From NCBI GenBank assembly GCA_040954595.2, contig CM082595.2:9537918-9601917 (forward strand): DNA of 64,000 nt, read 5' to 3'. The notes below the pieces were generated by a model that was not told the origin of the DNA, did no database searches, and saw nothing but the letters and a program-made list of their open reading frames with translations. Shown here piece by piece: positions 47,881 through 59,400 of this stretch. Source of the DNA: Balanoglossus misakiensis. Its lineage: Eukaryota; Animalia; Hemichordata. The translations under genes were made by a program, and so were the position numbers. Numbering within the stretch: position 1 is the stretch's first letter; every line of letters starts with the position of its first letter.

Positions 47881-50205
47881 TTTTATTTACCCATTAATTA
47901 AAGGGTACATATGATAGGTAAAAATACAAATGGTGGGTAAATATGGAGTCAGGAAATAGCCACAGCTAGTCTAGCCTGTACTCCTACAATATAGCTTGCT
48001 TGGTTACAGAAAAAAAAGATAATGTTGAGGGAACGCTTGAAGCGTGATTCAAGTACAATCTCACTACAACAGTGTAAAGTTATCCATTGCAAATGGTAAT
48101 GGAAAAAAGAAAGGAACAACAATCACAAACAAACAAACAAAACAGCATCATACTACATCAAGAAAATTACAAATTCATTTGTACTGGTTTAAGAGGTGTT
48201 GTTTAAATGTCCTACGAAATTGGCATAAAGTATTTGAAGACTTAATTTGTGGAGGAATATCGTTCCAGATTTTTGCTCCAGTATGTGATATCGAGAACTG
48301 GCCTGAGTTTGTTTTGGCGTGAAACGGGCGTAGATAGTGATATAACCAAATTCTGGTATTATGCTCATGACTTGTTGTGTTAAAATAATCTGAAAGTGAA
48401 TGTGGAGATTTCTGGTGATATAAAGAATAAATGAAGGAACCTAGTAAATAACTGTGAAGCTTGGTAATATCCAAAATATTCAGTTGATTAAAGAGAGGAG
48501 AAGAATGGTCCATGTGTGATTTGAAAAGCATTATACGTACAATTGTTTTTTGGGCAACTTGGATACAATGTAACTTTGTGGGGTAAGTATTGCCCCAAAC
48601 CTCAAGACCATATGTAACATGAGGGAGTATGAAGGCGTTGTAATATAAAATTCTGATGTGGAGTGGTAAAATATTTCTAATCTTGTATAAAATTCCACAG
48701 TGCTTCCTAATGAGATTATTTATTTTGTTAATTTGATGTGACCATGACAGATGCTTATCCAATAAAACCCCAACAAATGGTATCACATCAACCTCTTTGA
48801 TTTCTTCATTCTGGATTTGCAATGACCCATGAACATCAAGTTTTTTCTGCCGACCCCTAAAAATAATAAAGTGAGTCTTGGCCCTATTAATTGTTAGTTT
48901 GTTGGCATTGCACCATTGCTGAACATCATTTAAATAAGAGGATATATGAGTCAAGTTAATACTATCTGCACCTGAGAAGGAATGGAAGAGATTGGAGTCG
49001 TCAGCAAATAAACGGAAATCAAAAAATGTAGAAGAATTTGGAAGGTCATTTATATAAATAAGGAAAAGGGTTGGGCCCAAAACTGATCCCTGTGGGACTC
49101 CATTGTGGATCAAGGACTTTTCTGAAACATGACTGGTTAATGTGACATACTGTGAGCGGTCTGTGAGGTAGCTGTTAAACCAATGCTGGCAGGGGCCCCT
49201 AAACCCGTAATGTTCAAGCTTGGACAATAAAGTGGCATGGTGAATGGTATCGAAAGCTTTGCTGAAGTCAATAAACACCCCCAGTGTGGAATTCCCCTTA
49301 TCAATTTCTTTTAACAAGTGGTTAACTAAGTTAATCAAAGTGTGCTTGGTGCTATGGTTCTTTCTAAAGCCATACTGATGCTTATATAAAATATTATATT
49401 TATCAAGGTAAGTAATCACTTGTTTGTTTACCACTTTTTCTATCACTTTACTGAACATTGATAAAATGGCGATGGGTCTGTAGTTCCCAACAATGTTCTG
49501 TTCTCCTTTCTTGAAGATAGGTTTAACCTTAGCGACTTTTAAGGAATTTGGGAAGACACCGGTACAGAAAGACATATTTATGATGTGGGTCAAAGGTTGA
49601 GCAATAACATCAGCTGCATCAATTAGGAGTCTTGGAGGAATATTATCCCACCCACTGGCCTTTTTACTGTCAAGATGCGCCAAAATCTCTTTTATCTCAG
49701 CAACCGTAACAGGATGGAGAAAAAAAGAGTTTGGCATAGGATCATTCATATAATTTTTAAAATCTTTTGTGGTTTTTGGAATGTGTTTTGCCAGATTTTG
49801 ACCCACATGTACAAAGAAGTCATTAAAACACTTAGCCATATCAGCTGGCTTATCTACCAAACTTTCAATCCCATTTACATTAACCTTTAACTGATCTGGT
49901 GCTTTATCTAAAGTAGTGTTTTTACCAAGCAACTCATTTACAACATTCCACACTTTACCATTGTTGTTTACAGTGAATAAATTAGCATAATACACCCTTT
50001 TGGCTTTTCTTAAAACACTTGTAAGAATATTTCTGTAGGTTGTGTAGCGGGCAACAGCACTTGGTTCATGTTGTGTGGTGACAACTTTAGCATATAGTTT
50101 GCGCTTGGTGCGAATTGACTTCTTAATAGCTTTGGTAATCCAGGGATTTTTGTTACACTTGGCCTTAATAGTTTTAACCTCAAGTGGGGCATGATGGTCA
50201 CACAT
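47843..50205 (-). mobile_element. 5'-truncated CR1-group LINE with (ATT)n tail
   Basis: RT ORF, a ~300-bp 3' UTR and an (ATT)n tail at 47843-47879. Confidence 0.88.
48175..50205 (-). CDS. Non-LTR reverse transcriptase (ORF2 without endonuclease domain)
   Basis: NYRPIAIL, QYGFR, DFSKAFDTI, GVPQGSVLGP, YINDLP, FADDS; open for ~675 codons. The listed ATG start lies in flanking simple repeat. Confidence 0.9.
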   Translation of the reverse strand: MCDHHAPLEVKTIKAKCNKNPWITKAIKKSIRTKRKLYAKVVTTQHEPSAVARYTTYRNILTSVLRKAKRVYYANLFTVNNNGKVWNVVNELLGKNTTLDKAPDQLKVNVNGIESLVDKPADMAKCFNDFFVHVGQNLAKHIPKTTKDFKNYMNDPMPNSFFLHPVTVAEIKEILAHLDSKKASGWDNIPPRLLIDAADVIAQPLTHIINMSFCTGVFPNSLKVAKVKPIFKKGEQNIVGNYRPIAILSMFSKVIEKVVNKQVITYLDKYNILYKHQYGFRKNHSTKHTLINLVNHLLKEIDKGNSTLGVFIDFSKAFDTIHHATLLSKLEHYGFRGPCQHWFNSYLTDRSQYVTLTSHVSEKSLIHNGVPQGSVLGPTLFLIYINDLPNSSTFFDFRLFADDSNLFHSFSGADSINLTHISSYLNDVQQWCNANKLTINRAKTHFIIFRGRQKKLDVHGSLQIQNEEIKEVDVIPFVGVLLDKHLSWSHQINKINNLIRKHCGILYKIRNILPLHIRILYYNAFILPHVTYGLEVWGNTYPTKLHCIQVAQKTIVRIMLFKSHMDHSSPLFNQLNILDITKLHSYLLGSFIYSLYHQKSPHSLSDYFNTTSHEHNTRIWLYHYLRPFHAKTNSGQFSISHTGAKIWNDIPPQIKSSNTLCQFRRTFKQHLLNQYK

Positions 50206-53200
50206 CACCCTCCTACTTCTCATCATCAATATTATTATTGTTGTTTTACTATTTTAAAGTAAATTTGTTTTGACGTAGATGTTGTGAAAAGGAGTACGTT
50301 GTCCGTTTATACATTCGTATATTGTTTTCATAAAAATGGAACTATGACGGTGCAGCTTCGTGAAAGAAGTACAATAAAAGTAATCATACCTGTAAAGCAA
50401 CTAATGAGGTATCCCAATTAAAGAAATGCAATGCTATTCTAAACAGTTCTATTGTAAGATATTTTTGGTTTGCTCGAATGAATAGCACACACTTCGTATT
50501 CAGCCAGGTGTTACACGAAGTGATGCGCTGAAAAGCATTACGTAACAAAACACTAGCCCATTTCAACAAACCGCCACTGGAAATAACATAAAAAAATTCT
50601 CCTGGCAATTTTTATTTCGAGTATCTAGTTCACAGTATCACAAAAAAATGCCATGAATAGTGAAGGAAATGTTAAATCCAATCATTATATGAGTGCCTTT
50701 CTTTATACACTGGGATCGAGCTTCGACAACGCGCAGGCAGCATGCCAGACAGAATACGACAACTGTATTCAGAAAGTACAAAAGACTTTGCATAACGAGG
50801 CAGTGAAAATTGGAGACCTACACATTAACCAATCAGGGAGCTGACAATTGAATAAATGCATGTTAATAAGACCTAACCTACAAGGTCCTGCATAATGAGG
50901 CAGTGAACACTGGAGGACCAGACCTACACATTAACCAATCAGGGAGCTGTAAAGTGAATAATACATAGTAATAAGACCTAACCTACAAGGTCTAGTGAAT
51001 AATACATAATAATAAGACCTAACACATAAGGTCCCTCCAATCACCGTGCCTCAAGTGGACCTAAGATTACCAGATGGACCAATCACAGATGTCGGTACAT
51101 ATGTCATGGACCTGACTTATGAAACAGGACCGTTCAGAACTACCTAGTCTATGCCCGGCAGTGTTCTGTCCGCTTTGCTTCCAAAACTAATGTCTGGCCT
51201 CACTCATGCCACTTGCCCAATAAACTAATACCCCTTGCTGGGAATTATGATGTAACTAGCGTCGCTTTGAAGCCTATCACATTACTGAACAGTGTTGATT
51301 TGGTGTAAGATTATAGTGAAGGCAGGGCTTATTACATTGAAAATGCTACCCAACCTTAATTACACGTATGTATATCCTTTGTCTAATCATTGGAAAAACA
51401 ATGTACATGTACCAAAGACTAAGTAGCTATTTGAAGGTGAATCGCAAGTGGGCACTTTTATTACTTAACCTCAAGCAGTCGGTTAGCTACCGTATACTAA
51501 GACAAACATTCCTGGTGTAATTAACATCACTGTCATTAGTAATATCTATCTCCAATCAGTATCAGTTCTGCCTTTATGTTATTTTAAGTCAATTGTCAAG
51601 GTTCATGTACATATATTACAGCTTAACTGTCTTGTCAAAAACTTACGCATGTACATGTACCTAATTCTAGGCTTACCTGTAGGGTTAGAGATACAGTGTT
51701 TTATATTAATATGCATTAATATGAAACTAAAATTTGATGGTTAATTTAAGACCCCCCTGAGCAATGGTAACCTCGTTAAATATGTGCATATCTAATTCTA
51801 GGCTATTCAGCTGAAGTAGAAACCTGGACATGGACAACTTCGGGGTCAAAATCTTTTGACAAACATTTGTGTGATCTTGGGTAAACTTTGACCTACATTC
51901 CTATATTTTAGCATCCGGAGCAGATACAACCTTGACACTTGGAGTGATGGAACTATTTGATTGAGTATTATGTCTTGCCTCATTAATTATGTACTTACCT
52001 AATGCCAGCCTAACCAATAGGGCTGGAAGTCTGGCTTTTTGGACATGATAAATTTGAGATCAACATTTTTCTACAGCAGCCAGCCTTCTCTTAAAAAGAA
52101 TGGACAATATAAAGGCTTTGATGGGATACTGAACTTTTGACTCCCTCCCTGAGACTGTGTGCCAATGACGGGATAGCCTACTCAGCGTTGGGTAGATCCT
52201 AAGAAGGCCTCAGCCAGGCATCAAATACAAAAAGCGGAAATCCAAGCTTTAATGGTGGGTTACATCGTTAACTTCCCTGCAGAGCTGATTTCTCAGACTG
52301 TGAGCCAATGACGGGTAAAGCCCCTAGGTAGGGGCCACCTAAGACAGGCCGGTCATGCTTTAATCACAAAGAAGGGCAAGTTTAGTCTTACCACAACTTT
52401 GTCTGCTGTATATGCTTCATAAAGATTGCAGAGTATTTAGAGAATACATTGTGTTAAGGCAGTGTGACCAGCTAAAAAGTACTGGCAAACACAGCCAATG
52501 TGTAATGAAAAACATCTAATTTGGCTGAATAAAAGACATAAAACACAGCAAAAGCACTGTGACTAGCTGAGACATAATACTCCATTATGCAGTTCCATCA
52601 CTCCAAGTGTCAAGGATGTATCTGTGCCGGATGCCAAGATATAGGAATGTAGGTCAAAGTTTACCCAAGATCACCCAACATTTTGTCAAAAGATTTTGAC
52701 CCCAAAGTTGTCCATGTCCAGGTTTCTACCGCAACTGGATAGCCTAGAATTAGATATGTACATATTTAATGAGGTTACCATGGATCAAGGCAGTCCTAAG
52801 TAAACCATCAAATTTTTAGTTTCATGTTAATTCATGTTAATATAAAACGCTGTATCTCTAACCCACTGGTATGCCATTCTGTGTTTCATGCTACCCAATA
52901 TGGGTAAGTAGGTAAAAAGTCACCCTAGGCCATTTGAAATTTTGCTGAAAAAATCTCGTCTCTTACATATGTACATTTGGTAAAAGGGAAATTTTAATCA
53001 CGGAGTAGAACATATTCATAAAAAATATTTGAGGGAAAGAAGGAAGTTTTTCATAGCTTTGGTGCGTCAAATAGTAGAGAGGTTCCCTTGTTATCCTTAG
53101 ACTCAAACTCAGAGTTTCCAATCTTTCAGTATTTTCATGATATTACTTTCCATCTTAGATTTGTTCATCTAAACAAACTGACTGATAGGTATACATGAAC

Positions 53201-55329
53201 ATTTTATTGACTAATGAATGTGCCTGTATGTTGCAATTTAAAGAAGTCAGATATTAAACGAGCGCCACACCTGTTTTAATCAGCCTCCATATGGAGGGTA
53301 CACATCGCAGAGAGATGACAAACCCCATGCAAATTCAAGTAATATGGCTCAATGGTGCTGATTTTAAAGGATAGGTGGATGATTTGAAAAATGTTATTGT
53401 GGAAAAAGATGTGTAAAATTTGGCAGCTTGTGAGGCTTTAATTGTAAAATCTTTGAAATGTGTTTTACTCTTTAGGTCCAATTTTGTATATGTCAATATA
53501 CCATTGGGACCAATGTGATATTGTTCTAAACTCAGAAACTCAAGAAGGTACTGGTCAGATTGCTTTAGAAATTGGTGTGTATTTATGTTATTGAGACTTT
53601 ATACAGATTTTATTTTTCATTTTTAAAGTATATTTTTGGGGTGATTTTGGTCGTCATATACTCAGAAACCTCTACCCACATTTTTTTTAAAATTTGGTTT
53701 GCATGTTCTTAGGTGTGATTTTATGACAATTTAACAAACCCAGTGATGGAAGTGACAATATTGTTTTTTTTTTTTTTGGCAATTTCTGCCATTTTTGTCT
53801 GATTGCTTTGCAATTTAGTTTGCAGTTTCTAGGGAATTCTTACTGTGGTGCACAAAATTCACAAAGGTGATTTACTATCCTCATGCGCTTTGTTGAACTG
53901 GCACCCTGTTGCAAAACAGACATTACAACACTCTTTGAATTGAATTCATAGCTACCAATTTTTCGGGGGTGTAGCACCTTTTTTATGCCTAAAACTTTGA
54001 TCGAGAACTTCAAATTAAATGCAACCCTCCAAATATTTGCAATATTTCAGGTATAATGATTTAATTTTAAAGCATAAATTTTGATGTATTCATAATCATT
54101 AAGAGAAACACATTTTGAAAATAGAATATTAATCACACTAGCAGTCATAATACTTTTGAATCATCACTAAAGAACATATAGAAAAATTAAACAGGTTTTA
54201 ATTATTTATATTTGAACGCAAAGCGTAAATTCCCTTGTGCCATGGAATTGACAATCTGCAACTGGTGGGGTCCTTCTGCCAGTAAAAAGCATCAGATAAA
54301 TTCTGCATGCTCATCACCGAGGCAATTTAGGTGTACTTTTGTACTTTGAGAACTGTCGGTTTTCGCAACTGAAACTATGTTCACAGGACAGAGGAAAAAC
54401 TAGAATGACAACTGCTATGTAAGCTAACAAAAGGAACACAGAGCATAGTTCTCCATACTCACATTTTAATGCAATAATTTTTGCTGAAACTGGGGCGTCC
54501 GTGGGCAGGCAAAGGCAGTTCTAACTCGACTTGCAAATAAGGCCCATGTCTCTTGTTCGCTGAGATTGTCTGGTTCTAATAATAGCTGTAAGAACTTGAT
54601 CATTGACCGAACTGTTGGTTCAATTTTGCAACATTTTATGATTTCAAGCTGTGCAATATTTGCAACTCAGTTTCAACTTTGGTTGGAGGGATGATGATGA
54701 AGCCATTTCACTGACAAAATAGCGCTACTGACTGATGTCAATGTTTGTTTACAGTCGAATGCATTGCCATCATAAAAATACATGTGAGAAATTTCTTATG
54801 TGTATGATACACACTTTTGTGCATGACTGCAAACTGTGTTACAGTTGTGAAATTCTAAGGGTTGAATTCATTGGGTAGAATTCATGTTTTTTGGATTCTT
54901 AAACAACCAGTCACGAAAGCTAAGTGGTTACCTCAGAGAAACTGTGTTAAATTTGGTCATCAATTGCTTTAAATCACACAAGACATTCCCAGAGCTAAAG
55001 TTACTGCAGCAGTCAGTTTCAACTCAGCTTGCAAATTGGGATCATGTCTTGTGTTCATCGAGACTGTCTGTAGTCGAGTTGACAGTCCTATGGGGTCAAT
55101 GATGAACCTACAAATGTTCTTTCCAATGAAATTGTTATAAATCTAATATTCAGGATTTGCATTCATACCTTAAACAATATAACTGTATTGCAAATATGGC
55201 AACTCTTCTAAGTTACATTGGAACACCTTCTCGCCACTGTTTGTGCCAAAATGGTGAATAAGCTTTCATTTTCAAGCCTTAACATAGGCACCCAAAACAA
55301 GACAACAGCATTGCAAATATGGCATTTTT

Positions 55330-56000
55330 TGTTCAACTCTTCTCATTTGCATAGTCCAAAATGGCCGCCAAACTCCACTAACATGTAAATTTCCTATGGT
55401 CGTCTTAAATAGCGTGTAGTATCGCATTTGAAGGGTTTTCATCAATATGGGTACCTAAAACAATTTCAACGTGGTTGACATTGCAATGTTAGACAGCTGT
55501 TCTAATTTGCATAATCTAGAATGGCCGACAAACTTCTCTAACATGTAAATTTACTATGGTTGTCTTTAATAGTGTGTAATATCGCATTTGCAGGGTTTTC
55601 ATCAATATGGGTACCTAAAACAATTTCAACGTCGTTGACATGGCAATATTAGACAGCTGTTCTAATTTGCATAATCCAAAATGGCCACCAAACTCTTCTT
55701 AAATGTAAATTTCCCTGTTTTGTCTTATATGGTGCCTAAAATCGCATTTGCAGGGTTTTCATCAACATGGGTAACTAAAACAATTTCAGCATGGTTGACA
55801 TGGCAATATTAGACAACTGTTCTTATTTGCATAATCCAAAATGGCTGACAAACTTCTCTAACATGTAAATTTCCCTGGTTTGTCTTATATGGTGTGTAAT
55901 ATCGCATTTTCACGGTTTTAATTAATATGGGTACCTAAAACAATTTCAACGTGGTTGACATGGCAATATTAGACAACTGTTCTAATTTGCATAATTCGAA
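55330..56000. repeat. 160-bp tandem repeat (about 4 units; about 2 units in the left arm at 17100-17340)
   Basis: GTTGACAT(G/T)GCAAT anchors near 55471, 55631, 55791 and 55951. Confidence 0.88.
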
Positions 56001-56437
56001 CACCTGCTGGATAATTTAATTTTTGCCCTTCTTGTCCCATGATTATATGTGTAATGTCTCATTTTCAATGTGTTTACATGTATATATGCAGAATCCATTT
56101 CAAACTAAGTGGGCATATTGTAGCGCCAATCTTATTTCTTAATCCGCACCACAGAACTGATGCAAGGTTTAGGACTGGAAATGTATGTGGCCATTGGCCG
56201 ACACCCCGGGCGAGAGGTCTCCAATTATTTTCAGCACGTAGTGTGCTTCCCGGTTGATAACATCAATATGTGTAAATGCCAAAAACCCGACCTATTGTAA
56301 TACCAGTCAAATTTTCTTTGTCATTTACCATTTTTCTCTTGCATATGAAGGTTTTTCTTAAAGAGTACATACCCATATACATTTGTATGGGAGCACACAT
56401 CCCCACCCCCTGCCAACAATAATTGGACAACTTTATT

Positions 56438-59400
56438 AGGGGCACAAGCCTATCGGGCTTGTGCCCCTATTGGTATTGTTGGAATATTTCTTCTTTATTA
56501 TTACGGGCCCAAGCCAAGCCAGGCTTGGGCCCGTATTGGTTTCGTTGGAATTTTTTAGGGCCCAAGCGCATACCAGCGCTTGGGCCCTATTGGTTTCGTT
56601 GGGGTTTTTTAGGGCCCAAGCGCATACCAGCGCTTGGGCCCTATTGGTTTCGTTGGGGTTTTTCTGTCTTTCCTTCTTTCTTCTTTCTTTACGGGCCCAA
56701 GCCAAGCCAGGCTTGGGCCCGTATTGGTTTCGTTGGAATTTTTCTTTCTTTCTTTCTTTATTCTTGTGTCAATTCTTTGACCCACGAGATCTCAGACACC
56801 GCTGCAGGTACACTTCTGAAACTTGCTACAGTGGTCAAGGTCAATGAGTAGTTGTGCATTGAACCCTTGAATTTTTAATTAGTCACATGACCTGGTGGCC
56901 ATCTTGGATTTTCTGAAAAAATGCAAATCAAAGATCTCAGAAACTACAAGTCAGATCGACTTCAAATTTGGCATGCTGGTAGACTACCTTCTGGCAATCA
57001 TTTTTGTTATTGGAAATTATACTGACAAAGTTGCAATTTTTTGCTACAATTTTTTTTCTGAAATCTGGCTTAAATTTCAAAAATCTTCTTCTCCAGAACC
57101 GGTGATAACCGAGTCATGCGGTTTGGGGTATGTGGTCACCTAACTGATGTCTATCAAGTTTGCGAAGATCATTGTGATTGGTTGAAGATTATGGCGGCCA
57201 TATTGGATTTTCGAAAAACCATAGTAAAATTTCAAAAATCTTCTTCTCAAGAACCGGCGATAACTGAGTCACAAGATTTGGTGTGTGTGGTCATTAAACA
57301 GATGTCTATCAAGTTTGCGAAGCGGAATGTGATTGGTCGAAGATTATGGCGGCCATATTGGATTTTGTGAAAAATGATTAAAAAGTAAAAATTCCCTTTC
57401 TAGCCTAAAAATTGATAGCACAGAAATTCTTTTTACGGATATGAATCATCATATGCCAAGAATAAGCTATAAATATTTTGGTAATTTTGGCAATGACCTT
57501 TGACCTACTTTTGACACATGATTTTTCTGCATATCTAATTCCAGGCTAACCAATAGGGCTATAAGTTTGGTTTTTGATGTATGTGGATTTCTATGTGATC
57601 CAAAAATTTTGCTATTTTTCATGACCCCATTGACCTCTGGTGACCTCATTAAATATGCACATACCTAATTACAGATGAACCAATAGACCTATAAGTTTTG
57701 TTTTTGTTATACATGGACCAGTACGGGGTCAAAATATTTTGCCCAAATGTTGGGTGACCTCGGGTGACCTTTGACCTACTTTTGCATATCTTGACATCCA
57801 CAGCAGATACAGCCTTGGCGTTTGGAGGTATGGGGCCATAATGAAAAGCCAAAGGTTTGGGTCACCTGTGACACCTGCTTAACTCATTAATTATGTGCAT
57901 ACCTAATTCTAGGCTAGCCAAAAGGGCTAGAGGTCTGTTTTTTGTTGGACATGGACCACTATGGGTCAAAATTTTCTGCCCAAATTTTGGATGACCTCAG
58001 ATGACCTTTGACGTACTTTTGCATATCTCGGCATCCAAAGCAGGTACAGCCTTGGCATTTGGAGGTATGGGGCCATAATGAAAAGCCAAAGTTTTGGGTC
58101 ACCTGTGACACCTGCTTTACGCATTATTTATGTGCATACCTAATTCCAGGCTAACAAAAAGGGCTAGAGGTCTGGTTTTTGTTGGACATGGACCACTATG
58201 GGTCAAAATTTTCTGCCCAAATGTTGGGTGACCTCTGGGTGACCTTTGACCTACTAAACACTTTAACAGCACCAAACATACATATAACCTTGATATTTCA
58301 TGGGATAAAACAGCATTATGTTTCTACTCATTAATTATGTGCATATCTAATATCAGATCAGATAATAGAGCTTGGGCCCGGACAATGCTGCTTGCAGCTT
58401 TAATCTTTCTTTATTCTTGTGTCAATTCTTTGTCGCTCTAGATCTCAGACACCACTGCAGGTACACTTCTCAAACCTGCTACAGTGGTCAAGGTCAATGA
58501 GTAGATGTGCATTGAACCCTTGAATTTTTAATTAGTCACGTGACCTGGCGGCCATATTAGATTTTCTGAAAAAATGCAAATCTCAGATCTCAGAAACTAC
58601 AAGTCAGATCGACTTCAAACTTGGTGTGCAGGTAGTCTACCTTCTACCCATCATTTTTGTAATTGGATATTTTGCTGTCAATGTTGCAGTTTTTTTGCTA
58701 CAGTTGTTTTTCTGAAATCTGGTCAAAATTTCAAAAATCTTCTTCTCCAGAACCGGCGATAACCGAGTCACGCGGTTTGGGGTATGTGGTCACCAAACTG
58801 AGGTCTATCAAGTTTGCGAAGATCATTGTGATTGGTGGAAGATTATGGCGGCCATATTGGATTTTCGAAAAACCCTAGTAAAATTTCAAAAATCTTCTTC
58901 TCAAGAACCGGCGATAACCGAGTCACAAGATTTGGTGTGTGTGGTCATTAAACAGATGTCTATCAAGTTTGCGAAGATCATTGTGATTGGTCGAAGATTT
59001 TGGCGGCCATATTGGATTTTGTGAACAACGATTAAAAAGTAAAAATTCTGTTTCTAGCCTAAAAATTGATAGCACAGAAATTCTTTTTATGGATATGAAT
59101 CATCATATGACAAGAATAAGCTATAAATATTTTGGTAATTTTGGCAATGACCTTTGACCTACGTTTGACGCATCATTTTTCTGCATATCTAATTCCAGGC
59201 TAACCAATAGGGCTATAAGTTTGGTTTTTGATGTATGTGGTTTTGTATGTGATCAAAAATTTTTGCTACTTTTCATGACCCCTTTGACCTCTGCTGACCT
59301 CATTAAATATGCGCATACCTAATTACAGATGAACCAAATGACCTAGAGGTTTGTTTTTTTCTGGACATGGATCAGTATGGGGTCAAAATATTTTGCCCAA

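Larger units (their letters stand above)
47278..51131. mobile_element. TIR DNA transposon (PIF/Harbinger-like termini) carrying a LINE insertion
   Basis: Termini AGTCCTGTTTC / GAAACAGGACC, with long subterminal inverted repeats 47354-47630 / 50797-51065. Flanks ATT/GTT; empty site at ~24655 in the other arm. Confidence 0.75.
44098..56437. repeat. Right arm of the large inverted duplication
   Basis: Reverse complement of 16595-27609, with independent insertions; cut off at 56437 by the Helentron-like array. Confidence 0.9.

Noticed and set aside
52149-52355. SECIS or H/ACA snoRNA identity for the twin hairpins
   Set aside because: The ATGA-to-AA spacing is about 5 nt rather than 11-12, and there is no H or ACA box 14-16 nt from the pocket. 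No hammerhead, twister or HDV core was recognised. Kept only as an unassigned structure.
56438-56740. CRISPR-like array of short palindromic repeats
   Set aside because: The intervening sequences are themselves repeated rather than unique spacers, there are no cas genes, and the context is eukaryotic; these are amplified element ends.
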